From Negativicutes bacterium (lineage in GTDB: Bacteria > Bacillota > Negativicutes > UBA1444): a stretch of 64,000 bases of DNA. Position numbers and translations under genes: made by a program. This document shows positions 53,931 to 64,000 of the stretch, in pieces. The notes beneath the pieces were generated by a model that was not told where the DNA came from, did not search any database, and saw only the letters and a list, made by a program, of their open reading frames with translations. Position 1 is the stretch's first letter, and each line of letters starts with the position of its first letter. Where the stretch lies: NCBI GenBank assembly GCA_963665275.2, contig CAXXIN010000007.1, positions 576,001 through 640,000 of the forward strand. Reading direction: 5' to 3'.

Positions 53931-54037
53931 TTTCATCCAGAGTTGGCGGAGGGACGGGCCCGATGATGCTACGGCAACCACTCGCATTATGCGAAACGGT
54001 GCCAATTCCTGCAGGGGCATGACCCCGGCAGATGAAA
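53931..54037 (+). ncRNA. SAM-I (S-box) riboswitch
   Basis: TTCATCCAGAG..GGCGGAGGGA..GGCCCGATGA..GGCAACC..GGTGCCAATTCC..GATGAA upstream of metN. Confidence 0.95.
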
Positions 54038-54059
54038 GAACGGCTTGTCTTAAACGCAA

Positions 54060-54096
54060 TGCCTCTTCCATCTGTGAAGAGGTATTTATTTTTTTG
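54060..54096 (+). terminator. S-box expression-platform terminator
   Basis: GCCTCTTC-catctgt-GAAGAGGT plus T-tract. Confidence 0.85.
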
Positions 54097-54114
54097 GGGA
54101 AAGGAGTATCGACG

Positions 54115-55173
54115 TTGATTAGACTTGAGCATCTTCAAAAAACCTATCAAGGAGACACGGGTTCGCTGGAAGCCCTTCGGGGAGTGAGCGCTCACATAAG
54201 CGAAGGTGAGATATTCGGCGTCATCGGCAAAAGTGGCGCCGGCAAGAGCACTCTCATCCGTTGCATTAATATGCTTGAACGCCCCACCGCCGGGTCAGTC
54301 ATCGTAGACGGCGAGGAACTTACGACTATGCCCGAACGACAACTACGGGATGTTCGCAAAAAAATCGGCATGATCTTTCAACACTTTAATTTGCTTTCAT
54401 CCAGGACTGTTTATGGCAACGTCGCCTTCCCCCTTGAGCTCGCCGGCAAAAGCGCCGCCGAGATTGCAGCCGCTGTTGATCCACTTCTTGAATTAGTCGG
54501 CCTTGCGGATAAGAAACATCAGTACCCGGCACAGCTGTCCGGTGGACAAAAACAGCGGGTGGGTATTGCGCGCGCGCTAGCCAACCGGCCGAAGGTATTG
54601 CTTTGTGACGAGGCAACATCCGCCCTCGACCCGCAAACCACCCATTCGATCCTCACCTTACTAAAAGATATCAACCAGCGTTTCGGGCTAACCATCGTCA
54701 TCATCACGCACGAAATGCAGGTCATCAAGGAAATTTGTGACCGGGTCGCCGTCATTGAAAATGGGTTGATCATTGAAGAAGGCTCCGTGGTTGACTTGTT
54801 CGTACGACCCCAGACTCCGACGACCCGCGAATTCATCCGCACCATCATCAATCATGATATGCCTGATATATTTTCGGACATCAAGTTTTCACCCGTTCCT
54901 ATTTCCGGCAGTTCCCTGATGCTGCGGCTGTCCTTCATTGGAGCCAGTGCCAATGAACCGGTCATCGCCGGCTTGGTGAGACGGTTCAATGTTGAAGTGA
55001 ATATCCTGTTCGGCAACATTGATCATCTGAAGAGCACCCCTTTCGGTACCCTGCTCGTTGAGCTGTCCGGTGAAGACGCCGCCATTCAGCAGGCATTAAA
55101 CTACCTGAATGCAAAAGAACTAGGAATCGAGGTGATTGGTTATGTCGCCAGAAATGATCGCGTTGCTGGTTGA
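54115..55173 (+). CDS. metN: Methionine ABC transporter ATPase
   Basis: GKSGAGKST, QHFNLL, LSGGQKQR, CDEATSALDP, NIL domain; TTG start after AAGGAG. Confidence 0.95.
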   Translation: MIRLEHLQKTYQGDTGSLEALRGVSAHISEGEIFGVIGKSGAGKSTLIRCINMLERPTAGSVIVDGEELTTMPERQLRDVRKKIGMIFQHFNLLSSRTVYGNVAFPLELAGKSAAEIAAAVDPLLELVGLADKKHQYPAQLSGGQKQRVGIARALANRPKVLLCDEATSALDPQTTHSILTLLKDINQRFGLTIVIITHEMQVIKEICDRVAVIENGLIIEEGSVVDLFVRPQTPTTREFIRTIINHDMPDIFSDIKFSPVPISGSSLMLRLSFIGASANEPVIAGLVRRFNVEVNILFGNIDHLKSTPFGTLLVELSGEDAAIQQALNYLNAKELGIEVIGYVARNDRVAG

Positions 55174-55795
55174 ATCTTTGGGCGAAACCTTGTACATGGT
55201 TGGTGTTTCGGCAGCCATCTCCACTATCATTGGTGTTCCGCTCGGTGTCATTCTCGTCACCACCAGTCGCGGCCACATCCTGGAGAACCTTCCCGTTAAC
55301 CGGGTACTCGGCGCCATTGCAAATGCTACTCGCTCCACGCCGTTTATTATTCTAATGGTCGCAATTATCCCAGTGACCCGGGTGCTGGCTGGAACCTCCA
55401 TTGGCACCAACGCCGCCATCGTTCCCTTGTCCATCGCCGCCATTCCTTTCGTCGGACGCATCGTCGAAGCATCGCTCCGTGAAGTGGATTTTGGCCTGAT
55501 TGAGGCCGCACAGGCCATGGGAGCTTCCCCGTTTCAAATCATCAGTCGGGTTCTGATTCCAGAAGCTATGCCGTCCATAGTTCTCGGCGTGACGCTCTCA
55601 GTCATCAGCCTTATCGGTTACTCTGCCATGGCCGGCGCCATTGGCGGCGGTGGATTGGGAGACTTGGCCATCCGTTTCGGATATCAGCGCTTCCGTGTGG
55701 ACGTCATGATCGCCACCGTCGTTATCCTCATTGCACTCGTCCAGCTTGTCCAGTCTGCTGGCGACATGGTTTCACACAGATTGAATAAAAAATAA
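55142..55795 (+). CDS. metI: Methionine ABC transporter permease
   Basis: ETLYMV, RSTPFIIL, EAAQAMGA, GGGGLG. Confidence 0.95.
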   Translation: MSPEMIALLVESLGETLYMVGVSAAISTIIGVPLGVILVTTSRGHILENLPVNRVLGAIANATRSTPFIILMVAIIPVTRVLAGTSIGTNAAIVPLSIAAIPFVGRIVEASLREVDFGLIEAAQAMGASPFQIISRVLIPEAMPSIVLGVTLSVISLIGYSAMAGAIGGGGLGDLAIRFGYQRFRVDVMIATVVILIALVQLVQSAGDMVSHRLNKK

Positions 55796-55814
55796 AACAC
55801 AAGGAGAGATTATC

Positions 55815-56654
55815 ATGCATATTGCCCGAAAAACTCTAGCCCTCATTTTGTGCCTCATCTTCATTCTTGCGCTTGCGGCGGCGGGATGCGGTGGAAAAAC
55901 CGAACCAGCCAAACCCGCAGCAGCTCCGGCAGCGGATAAAGTTCTTAAGGTTGGCGTAACCCCTGGCCCACACGCGCAGATTATGGAAGTCGTTAAAAAG
56001 GTTGCCGAAAAAGATGGACTCAAGATCCAGATCGTCGAATTCAGCGACTATATCCAGCCAAACGTCGCTCTCAACCAAGGAGACATTGATATTAACAGCT
56101 TTCAGCACCTTCCCTACCTCGAAAACATGGTGAAAGACCGCAAATATGAACTCGTCATGCTGGCTAAAACCTTCACCTTCCCGATGGGGATATACTCCAA
56201 AAAAATCAAAACTCTAAAAGACCTCAAGGATGGCGCTACCATCGCCATTCCCAACGATCCAACCAATGGCGGCAGGGCTCTGGCTCTGTTCGAAAAAGCC
56301 GGGCTGATCAAACTCAAACCCGGACTGGGTCATAAAGCGTCGGTCGTCGACATCGTGGAGAACTCCAGGAAATTCAAGATTCGCGAACTCGAGGCCGCTC
56401 AAATCCCGAGAACTCTCGAAGACATGGAACTCGCCGCGATCAATACAAACTATGCCATGTCCGCCGGCCTGGTTCCCGCCAAGGATGCATTGGTTCTGGA
56501 GGACGCCAACTCTCCTTATGCCAATATTTTAGCAGTCCGCACCAAAGACAAAGAGAATCCTCTCTACCAAAAATTCGTCAAGGCTTATCAATCTGACGAA
56601 GTCAAAAAATTCGTCACTGAACAATTCCAAGGTTCTGTAATCGTTGCCTGGTAA
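55815..56654 (+). CDS. metQ: Methionine ABC transporter lipoprotein
   Basis: Lipobox AAGC, FSDYIQPN, FQHLPYL, IPNDPTNGGRAL. Confidence 0.95.
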   Translation: MHIARKTLALILCLIFILALAAAGCGGKTEPAKPAAAPAADKVLKVGVTPGPHAQIMEVVKKVAEKDGLKIQIVEFSDYIQPNVALNQGDIDINSFQHLPYLENMVKDRKYELVMLAKTFTFPMGIYSKKIKTLKDLKDGATIAIPNDPTNGGRALALFEKAGLIKLKPGLGHKASVVDIVENSRKFKIRELEAAQIPRTLEDMELAAINTNYAMSAGLVPAKDALVLEDANSPYANILAVRTKDKENPLYQKFVKAYQSDEVKKFVTEQFQGSVIVAW

Positions 56655-56678
56655 TTTGTAAATATTTTGCGCAGAATA

Positions 56679-56707
56679 TTGCAAAAATTTAAATTCTGAT
56701 CTATAAT
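56679..56707 (+). promoter_or_regulatory. Sigma-A promoter of an orphan transcript
   Basis: TTGCAA-17 bp-TATAAT. Confidence 0.75.
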
Positions 56708-56713
56708 GTAACC

Positions 56714-56975
56714 AAAGGGTAGATGGGGATGAAGAAAAGAAACGGTAGTTCCCAGACAAGGCTACCTGAAGACCGGTTAATTCCGGAATGGGGTGATTCC
56801 ATTGAAAGACCCAATGGAAAACGAACCACAACAGCATATCGGCATAGGACGGTGCATCAAGGCACTGTAAGGTACAAAACGAATTTGTACCAGCGGGGTT
56901 CAGTGGTTGAGACCCTGACTCTGCAATAGAAAGTTTGAAATGGACGGTTTCTTAAGGAAACCGTCCATTTCTATT
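56714..56975 (+). ncRNA. Candidate structured small RNA of about 260 nt (family not recognised)
   Basis: Own promoter and terminator with six consecutive hairpins between them; next gene is convergent. Confidence 0.6.
56937..56975. terminator. Perfect 15-bp hairpin, probably a bidirectional terminator
   Basis: GAAATGGACGGTTTC-ttaag-GAAACCGTCCATTTC. Confidence 0.85.
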
Positions 56976-57011
56976 CTCATCATATTCAATTCAACTATCC
57001 GGTGTGCCTTC

Positions 57012-57431
57012 TCAGCTTCCTTTATGAGGTTCTGCTCCGCAACGCCGGCAATACCCATAAATCTCGAACTGATGATTCACGGGGGTAAAACCGCATTCGG
57101 TCATAAAAGTCGATACTTCCTCCCCAATAGGACACCACGGAACTTCAGCCGTCTCACCGCAAGTCATGCATATCAGGTGATGGTGATGGACATTTCCAGC
57201 CAGCTCAAAGCGGGCTTTCCCATCAGCCAAAAGCGTTCGCCGTACCCTCCCCTGCTGAGAGTAACATTGTAGATTACGATATACCGTACCCAGGCTGACG
57301 TTGGGATATTTCTCCCTCACACGTCCGTATACTTCTTCCGCCGTCATCAATTTAGGATTGAACTGCAAAGCGTCGAGGATCGCCTGCTTTTGAAGCGTCA
57401 GGCGGGTTCCCGGTATTTTTTCATTTGTCAC
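57012..57431 (-). CDS. Fur-family regulator (likely Zur)
   Basis: VSLGTVYRNL, HHHHLICMTCG, YGYCRRC; last gene of the metal ABC operon. Confidence 0.9.
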   Translation of the reverse strand: MTNEKIPGTRLTLQKQAILDALQFNPKLMTAEEVYGRVREKYPNVSLGTVYRNLQCYSQQGRVRRTLLADGKARFELAGNVHHHHLICMTCGETAEVPWCPIGEEVSTFMTECGFTPVNHQFEIYGYCRRCGAEPHKGS

Positions 57432-57432
57432 G

Positions 57433-58254
57433 TCACTGACTGCCTCCTTTCGGCCGCAGCCCAAAACGCAGCAGAGACACCACCGCATACGTGCCGACGG
57501 CAATCAGGACAATGGAGGCTCCAGAAGCCAAACGGACCGTGTAGGAAAACCAAAGACCCGTGAGACAGAATGCGATACCCAACAATACCGACAAGCCCAT
57601 GATTTTTTTCATGTCATAGGAAAACTGCTTTGCAATGGCAGGTGGAGCAGTCAGTAGAGCAATCACCAATATGATCCCCACGACCCTGATCAACATCACG
57701 ACGGTTATCGCCACCAACACAAACAGCAAATTCTCAAGGAACCGGACTGGCACGCCAACCACACTGGCAAACTCTTCATCAAAAATATAAGCCTTAAACA
57801 CTTGGAAGAAAGCGGCCACTGCCGCCACAACCAAAATATCCAATCCCAAAATCAGCCGCAAATCAGATTTGGACACCGATAGGATATTCCCAAAGAGATA
57901 AGAAGCCATATCCGGTGGATATCCTGGTGTCAGCGCGATAAAGATGACGCCGAGAGCCATGCCCAACGACCAAAACATCCCAATCAACAGGTCTGAATCC
58001 GTCATCGCCTTGCGTTTCACCGCCGCCACCGAGATTGCCGCGAGAATCGATACGCCAAGAGCAGTTAGAATCGGTTCCACCTTTAAAAAGTACCCCAGCC
58101 CGATGCCACCGAAAGCGGTATGGGCGATTCCGCCGCTCATCATCACCAGTTTTTTTTCCATGATATAAGTTCCAATGACTCCACAGGCGACACTGGCTAA
58201 AACCGCCGCCAGGATGGCATTCTGCAGGAAATTGTATTTTAATATTGCTTCCAT
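57433..58254 (-). CDS. znuB: Zn/Mn ABC transporter permease
   Basis: GGIAHTAFGG, YLFGNIL, FDEEFA, VGIILVIALL. Confidence 0.88.
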   Translation of the reverse strand: MEAILKYNFLQNAILAAVLASVACGVIGTYIMEKKLVMMSGGIAHTAFGGIGLGYFLKVEPILTALGVSILAAISVAAVKRKAMTDSDLLIGMFWSLGMALGVIFIALTPGYPPDMASYLFGNILSVSKSDLRLILGLDILVVAAVAAFFQVFKAYIFDEEFASVVGVPVRFLENLLFVLVAITVVMLIRVVGIILVIALLTAPPAIAKQFSYDMKKIMGLSVLLGIAFCLTGLWFSYTVRLASGASIVLIAVGTYAVVSLLRFGLRPKGGSQ

Positions 58255-59027
58255 CACAGAGTTCCTCCCTCATCATCATGGCCCTGCAACACTCTATGCG
58301 GTACACCGTGTGCGATGAGATCCACCGGGCAACCGTAAACTTTTTCGACCAAACCGGCTTCCAGCTCGGTCCGGCCGTGATAAAACAGTTGCTGGTTCAG
58401 GCAGGCAATCTTATCAATATTGGACGAAACCGCACTCAAATCATGAGTCACTATCAGAATCGTCATCTCTTTGTTCAATTCCTTGAGAATCTCGTAGATA
58501 CGGGTTTTGGAAGCCGAATCTACGCTGGCGGTTGGTTCGTCCAGAATGAGGATGCGTGGTTCCACTGCCAACGCCCTGGCGATCAATACACGCTGTAATT
58601 GGCCCCCTGAAAGCTGGCCGATCTGACGATGTTTGAGATCAGCGATCTCCAGCCTTGCCAGCAGCGATTCGACCAAGATCCTATCTTTGTCGGCGAATCG
58701 GACAAACCAGGGACTGCGTCCCGCCAACCGGCCCATCAGCACCACTTCTTCCACGCTGATAGGAAAGCGTCGGTCAAAGCGTGAAAATTGCGGAACGTAT
58801 CCAATGTGGCGGCGCCCTTTTGCGCCGCTCTGCCCGAAAATCCGGATTGTACCCGCCTGCGGTTCTACCAGCCCCAGAATGGCCTTCAACAAAGTCGTCT
58901 TTCCCCCGCCGTTAGGGCCGATGATCCCCAGAAATTCGTTTTCCTGCACGTTCAGACTGATCTTTGACAGCGCGCAGTCCTCACCGTAAAATACGCTTAG
59001 ATTGTTAATTTCAAGCGCTAAACTCAT
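58254..59027 (-). CDS. znuC: Zn/Mn ABC transporter ATPase
   Basis: GPNGGGKT, GYVPQ, LSGGQLQR, LDEP, His-rich tail. Confidence 0.88.
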   Translation of the reverse strand: MSLALEINNLSVFYGEDCALSKISLNVQENEFLGIIGPNGGGKTTLLKAILGLVEPQAGTIRIFGQSGAKGRRHIGYVPQFSRFDRRFPISVEEVVLMGRLAGRSPWFVRFADKDRILVESLLARLEIADLKHRQIGQLSGGQLQRVLIARALAVEPRILILDEPTASVDSASKTRIYEILKELNKEMTILIVTHDLSAVSSNIDKIACLNQQLFYHGRTELEAGLVEKVYGCPVDLIAHGVPHRVLQGHDDEGGTL

Positions 59028-59045
59028 TTCATACCCGTCCGTCTC

Positions 59046-59930
59046 TTACTTCAATCCTGCGGCAAAGGATCGCGCCATCCGCTTGATATTATCAATGTAG
59101 TCCGTCGCCATCGGCGATACTTTTTCAGCGCTGCCGCCCAGCTCTTCGGCAAAAGTCCGCGACTGGCGGCCATCGATGTCTTCCTGATAGAAAATAATCT
59201 TGATTCCCTTCGCGCGGGCCATATCGATGATATCCCGTATCCGACGGGGGTCGGCTTCTTTTCCCTCTTCTTCCAGCGCCACCATCGTCAGGTTGTAATC
59301 ATCGGCAAAATACCCGAACGCCGGATGGTATACGATGAAAGACCGCTTTGACATGCCCTTGAGCAGCTCCATCAGCTCGCGGTCCACTGCTTCAATCTGT
59401 CCGGTATACCGTTGTGCATTGGTCTCATAAGTTCCGCGATTGGCGGGGTCCAGAACTGACAATTCCCTTGCGGTCAATTGCACCATTTCTACCGCACGCT
59501 TCGGCGATAGCCAGATATGGGGATCCTGATCATCCGGCGCAAAATAACGGGGCGCATACTTTTTCGCAACTTCATTCTGAACGTCGATGATTTTCAGGTT
59601 ACGATTCATTTCCGCCGCTTTGGGCAAAATATTGCCTCGTTCGGGAGGCAGTCCCAACGCTAAATATAAACTGGCGTTGCCGATTTTCTCCATGTCCTGC
59701 GGCGGTGGCGAATACGTCTCATGATTGGCGCCTGGCGGCAAAACCGTCACGATGTTTACCAGATCACCCGCCACTTCCCTTACAAATGTCGCTTGCGGTG
59801 CGACAGTCACGACGACCGTCGGCTTCGTACGGGCTTCCGGCAAAGCCGGCTTGCTTGTTGTGAAAACAGACACAGCAATAAACAAAATCGCAATAGTTCC
59901 GATAATAATCCATTGAGTTTTAAATCGCAT
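59046..59930 (-). CDS. znuA: Zn/Mn ABC transporter substrate-binding protein
   Basis: PPGANHETY, DPHIWLSP, YHPAFGYFA. Confidence 0.88.
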   Translation of the reverse strand: MRFKTQWIIIGTIAILFIAVSVFTTSKPALPEARTKPTVVVTVAPQATFVREVAGDLVNIVTVLPPGANHETYSPPPQDMEKIGNASLYLALGLPPERGNILPKAAEMNRNLKIIDVQNEVAKKYAPRYFAPDDQDPHIWLSPKRAVEMVQLTARELSVLDPANRGTYETNAQRYTGQIEAVDRELMELLKGMSKRSFIVYHPAFGYFADDYNLTMVALEEEGKEADPRRIRDIIDMARAKGIKIIFYQEDIDGRQSRTFAEELGGSAEKVSPMATDYIDNIKRMARSFAAGLK

Positions 59931-59946
59931 CCTTGACCCCTCCACT

Positions 59947-59971
59947 TGACGATAATAATTACTATTATTAC
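59947..59971. promoter_or_regulatory. Putative Fur/Zur box
   Basis: GATAATAATTACTATTATTAC adjacent to the znuA RBS. Confidence 0.6.
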
Positions 59972-60104
59972 TTTACCATTGAAGGAGTTATTCGTCAATC
60001 AGCAGCCGTGGGTGCCGTTGATCTGAATGCGGGTGCCCGCCGATTATTTGACGGCCCGTGTGCGTCGGGATACAATGTCAGCAGGAATTTCTTTGGGTAT
60101 ATGC

Positions 60105-61717
60105 CTACGGTTCCAGATAAGCTTCCTTCAAATATGGAACACCCAGGATTGAACGCAGTACCCCTTTAACCTGGGAGCGTATCAGTACCGGATTTGTCTG
60201 GAAAAACACCGGAGATATGACGGCTTCATCCATGAGAATTTTTTCTGCGGCATGCAGCGCCTGCATGCGACGGCTCGGATCAATACCATTCTGCGCCTCA
60301 GCGATCAATTTGTCATAGGCGGGATTCCGATAATCAGGCGCATTGTTGCTGCCACCGGAAACAAACAGATCGAGGAATGTCAGCGGATCAGGGTAGTCGC
60401 CGCTCCAACTCTCCCGCGCCATCTGAAAATTATGCCGGTCAAGCGAGTCCCAGTAGACTTTCCATTCCTGGTTGGATACTTCGACCTGAACGCCGAGAGT
60501 CTTCTTCCACATTTCTTGTAACGCTTCCGCGACCATTTTGTTGGACTCACTGGTATTATACAGGAAGGTGACGGGGGGGAAGCCCCTGCCTTCGGGGAAT
60601 CCGGCTTCCGCCAGCAGGATGCGGGCCGTGGCAACATCATTGTCTTTCAGCAAAGAGCCGCCTTTAGCGCGAAAATCTTCATCCGGAACTCCGTTGGCAA
60701 TTCCCGGCGGCACAAAGGCAAGCGCAGGCGCCTGGCCTCCCGCAATAACTTATCAGTGATTGCGGTGCGATCAATCGCCAGCGAAAAAGCCCGACGAATC
60801 TTCGGATTGTCGAAAGGCGGTTTCGCTGTCTGGAAAGATACATAAAACGTGGCTAGGAACGGATAAATTTTTACCTTTCCTTCTTTCATCAACCGCGGAA
60901 CCTCCGACGGCGGAATGCTATCCCCCATATCGAGCTGCCCGCTCTCGAACATCGACAAGGCTGTCGATGAATTATCAAGCAGAAACAATTCCATCTTTGC
61001 AGATTTCACTTTTGCCGCATCCCAGTATTGATCGTTTTTAGCTAGCTCCATCCGGCTGGACTTCACCCAGGTCGTCAGTTTGAACGGACCATTTCCAATG
61101 ACTGTTTGCGGTTGACTGGCCCACTTGCTGTTGGCTGCGACCGTTTTTGCGTGTAAAGGGTAGTAGGCATGAAATGCCGTCAACGAGAGGAAGTAGGCAG
61201 TAGGACGCTCCAACTCGACTTCTAGCGTTCTGTCATCTTTGGCTCTAACCCCCACCTGTGACGCATCCGCTTTTTTGGTGGCGTAGGCTTCACCGTTTTT
61301 CAGACAATAGAGCATATAGGCATTAGGACTGGCCAACTCGGGGTCCAGCCCCGTCTTCCAGGCATATTCAAAATCACGGGCAGTTACAGGATCGCCGTTA
61401 GACCATTTCAGTCCAGCCCGCAAAGTAAAAATATATGTGCGGCCATCGGCTGACACTTCCCATTTTTCGGCAGCCGCTGCAACAGGAAGATTTTTTTCAT
61501 CCAACGTCATCAGCCCTTCAAACAATTGAGCTTGAACCGTTGCCGCAGAAAGACTGGTTGACATGCGCGGATCAATCGATTCTGGCTCAGCCGACAATGC
61601 ATAGCGGATGTGGCTGCCGGCAACTGTTTTTTTGCCTGTGCTACAGCCTCCAATTGCAACAGTCATTGTGGCAAGCAGCAAAATCAATAGAACTACTGAA
61701 GATTGTCTGATACGCAA
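60105..61717 (-). pseudogene. oppA: Oligopeptide ABC substrate-binding lipoprotein, frameshifted near 60740
   Basis: Lipobox GGC, LFEGL, WSNGDPVTA.DF, GNGPF, then W.GDYPDP.TFL in another frame; one extra G in CGGGAGG restores LLRGGQAPALAFVPPG. Confidence 0.85.
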
Positions 61718-61784
61718 GTTAATTCACTCCTTTTTCTGATAACCACCATTATATCTGCACAAGTTTAATGAAGGGAAAGTAAAA

Positions 61785-62585
61785 ATGAATAAAGATAACG
61801 CCGCACTGAAATCACGAATTGAATCCGTGCTAAAAATGGAATCAGGAATTTTTGCCATTGCAGTTCTCAATCCCCTGACCGGCCAGGAACTTAGTATCAA
61901 TTCACAACCGATGCGTTCCGCCAGCTTGATCAAGTTGTTTATTATGGCCGAAGCCTTTGCCAGAATTTCAGAGGGCACGCTCCAAGCCGATGCAACTCTC
62001 TCCTTCATGGAATCGCATCGGGTTGGAGGGGCCGGGATACTGCAAAACCTGCCAGCAGGTACATACCACAGTATCCTTGAGCTAGTCGAACTGATGATAA
62101 CAGAAAGCGACAACATCGCGACCAACTTGCTAATTGAACATTTAGGCCAAGAGGCTATCAATGCAAGGATTCAAAAAATGGACTGCGCCGATAGTCGTCT
62201 TCGTCGCCATATGATGGACTTTGCCGCTGCGTCAGAAGGTAGGGAAAATATGACCAGTGTGCTGGATACAGCTCGCGCCCTGCAGCAAATTTTTCACAAC
62301 CAGTGCGTAGATATTGCCGCAGACTGCGCCATGCGCGAGATTCTGGGACGGCAGACAGATCGATGCAAAATTCCACTTCACCTGCCACCGGGCACGATCT
62401 GCCAACATAAGACCGGCGAACTGCCTGGAGCAGAGCATGACGCAGGAATTGTTTACAGCCCGGCCGGGCCTTATGTCATTGCGATCATGAGTGACAACCT
62501 GCCCGATCCTGAGCAGGGTCGCCAGGTAATCGCCAGATTATCACGCGAGATCTATGACTTCTTTATTGATGTGGATATGCCATGA
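61785..62585 (+). CDS. Class A beta-lactamase-like serine hydrolase
   Basis: SLIK (SxxK), SDN, HKTG motifs; no signal peptide. Confidence 0.88.
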   Translation: MNKDNAALKSRIESVLKMESGIFAIAVLNPLTGQELSINSQPMRSASLIKLFIMAEAFARISEGTLQADATLSFMESHRVGGAGILQNLPAGTYHSILELVELMITESDNIATNLLIEHLGQEAINARIQKMDCADSRLRRHMMDFAAASEGRENMTSVLDTARALQQIFHNQCVDIAADCAMREILGRQTDRCKIPLHLPPGTICQHKTGELPGAEHDAGIVYSPAGPYVIAIMSDNLPDPEQGRQVIARLSREIYDFFIDVDMP

Positions 62586-62610
62586 AAACTATTTAAGTTG
62601 GGATGTGTTA

Positions 62611-63297
62611 TTGGTGCTTGGAACGATTGCCAATGTTGCCGCCATCGTCATCGGCGGAATTGTAGGGACCCTCATCAAAGGAGGATTGCCGGGAAAAATT
62701 GCCGCCACGGTAATAAAAGGACTCGCGCTCACGGTATTTTTAGTTGGCGCCGCCAACGCTCTGAAAGTGAACAATTTGCTGTTGGTAATGCTATCGATGG
62801 CAATTGGCGGCATCGTTGGCGAATCCCTGGACATTGATCAGCGTCTGAAAAACTTGGGTGATGCTGTGGAACGACGATTCAAGGGCAGGGGCGGGAAAAT
62901 CTCCGACGGTTTTGTTACCGGCACGCTTTTATATTGCGTCGGCGCTATGGCAATCGTCGGCTCCCTGGAAAGCGGCTTATCAGGCAATCATCAAATATTA
63001 TACGCTAAATCTGTTTTAGATGGCATTGTTTCTTTAATTTTCGCATCAACGCTGGGAATCGGTATTGTCCTCTCCGCCTTCTCCGTATTGCTCTACCAAG
63101 GCTCCATCACCCTGGCGGCTTCTTCGCTTCAACCCCTGCTTTCAGAAACAATAAAGGCTGACACCTCGGCGATAGGTGGACTGTTAATTATTGGCATGAG
63201 CCTCAACATGTTGGAAATGAATAACATAAAGGTTGCCAACCTATTGCCTGCCATATTCATTCCTGTTATCTATCAGTGGCTTTCACTATTTTTCTGA
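62611..63297 (+). CDS. DUF554 membrane protein
   Basis: GTIAN..AIVIGG, LYCVGAMAIVGS, KSVLDG, VANLLP. Confidence 0.88.
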   Translation: MVLGTIANVAAIVIGGIVGTLIKGGLPGKIAATVIKGLALTVFLVGAANALKVNNLLLVMLSMAIGGIVGESLDIDQRLKNLGDAVERRFKGRGGKISDGFVTGTLLYCVGAMAIVGSLESGLSGNHQILYAKSVLDGIVSLIFASTLGIGIVLSAFSVLLYQGSITLAASSLQPLLSETIKADTSAIGGLLIIGMSLNMLEMNNIKVANLLPAIFIPVIYQWLSLFF

Positions 63298-63353
63298 ACA
63301 GCTGACACATTGGACACTTTCGTTCCATTATAATAGCTTCAAGGCAAGATGTT

Positions 63354-63403
63354 CAAAAGACAAGGGAAGCCATCTTTATTCAAGAGGCTTCCCTTGTCTT
63401 TTG
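63354..63403. terminator. Bidirectional terminator
   Basis: CAAAAGACAAGGGAAGCC..GGCTTCCCTTGTCTTTTG 18-bp inverted repeat between convergent genes. Confidence 0.8.
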
Positions 63404-63414
63404 CGACGAATATC

Positions 63415-64000
63415 TTAAACCCCTGTCAGTATCAACCTCGGATTATCCCTGTCAACCAGCCCAACCTGTACGGAAGCGCCAAATATTTGCCCGAGAAAGG
63501 CCGCCAGTTCGTCGCGTGCTGCAATGACGCTTGCCAAATTTACATGTCGGAAAATCCATCGATCGGGAAAAAATATATTCCGGCTCCCCTCCGTCACTTT
63601 GCCTTCTTCACTCTGCCGCCAGATCCAACGACGTGTCTTTACCCGTTCACCGGCTGAATAGATAAGCTCGCCCGCTTCCATCTGTTCTGCCTCGGACTCG
63701 CCAAATGGCGTAAAAATATCGCCCTGCCTGGGAAAACCGTACCTGAATATCGCCGGATGCCGCGTCGATGTCATGCGCGCCCATCGGCAATAGATATTTC
63801 AAGGACAGGGCATTCCCCAAATCAACTATAGGATTGATCGAGGGAAATCCTTTCTTCTTTTCAATTCGTGACGCCATCGCTTCAATGGAGCTTCAAGAAA
63901 CTTATTGGGATTTATTCCCAACGCGGCAAAAGCTTCACGATAGGGAGCAATTTCCAAAGACTCTTTCGCTTTTTGGGCAGCGAACCTTGTTTCCACTGCC
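63415..64000 (-). pseudogene. B3/B4-domain protein, several frameshifts, 5' end outside the window
   Basis: PSINPIVDLGNALSLKY.LPMGAHD and TRRWIWRQS motifs in different frames. Confidence 0.7.

Noticed and set aside
60720-60760. Frameshifts in oppA, mug, the primpol junction and the B3/B4 gene read as phase variation or recoding
   Set aside because: Mostly single-base indels in short homopolymers, accumulating towards the window end. This pattern suggests long-read assembly error; reads are needed to decide.
61785-62585. Antibiotic-resistance beta-lactamase
   Set aside because: No signal peptide and a housekeeping context beside oppA; more likely a cytoplasmic serine hydrolase.

Overview
Bacillota chromosome segment, probably Negativicutes (inferred from pcrA-ligA-gatCAB-rlmD synteny, an S-box riboswitch and Gram-positive LexA boxes alongside a HlyD-type adaptor). 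The right two-thirds (26.7-64 kb) is mostly housekeeping: rlmD, gatCAB, ligA, pcrA, a LexA-boxed radical-SAM repair pair, ttcA, recQ, a split his operon with HisR and its operator, S-box metNIQ, znuACB-zur and oppA. A ~20.7 kb integrative element abuts the 3' end of rlmD (about 6.0-26.7 kb). It carries tandem large serine recombinases, an NrS-1-like primase-polymerase/SF3 helicase with an iteron-type origin, a cos-like site, a toxin-antitoxin pair, a MUG glycosylase and RhuM. It also carries a tightly coupled five-gene defence-like operon: three unknown proteins, a 1743-aa DruE-like helicase and an N6-adenine methyltransferase. This operon is the best candidate for a new system (a Druantia-like variant). 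The second strong lead is an orphan ~260-nt structured transcript with its own consensus promoter and terminator at 56.7-57.0 kb. Several frameshifts sit in homopolymers and are probably assembly errors. All family calls are by motif recognition; no database searches were run.
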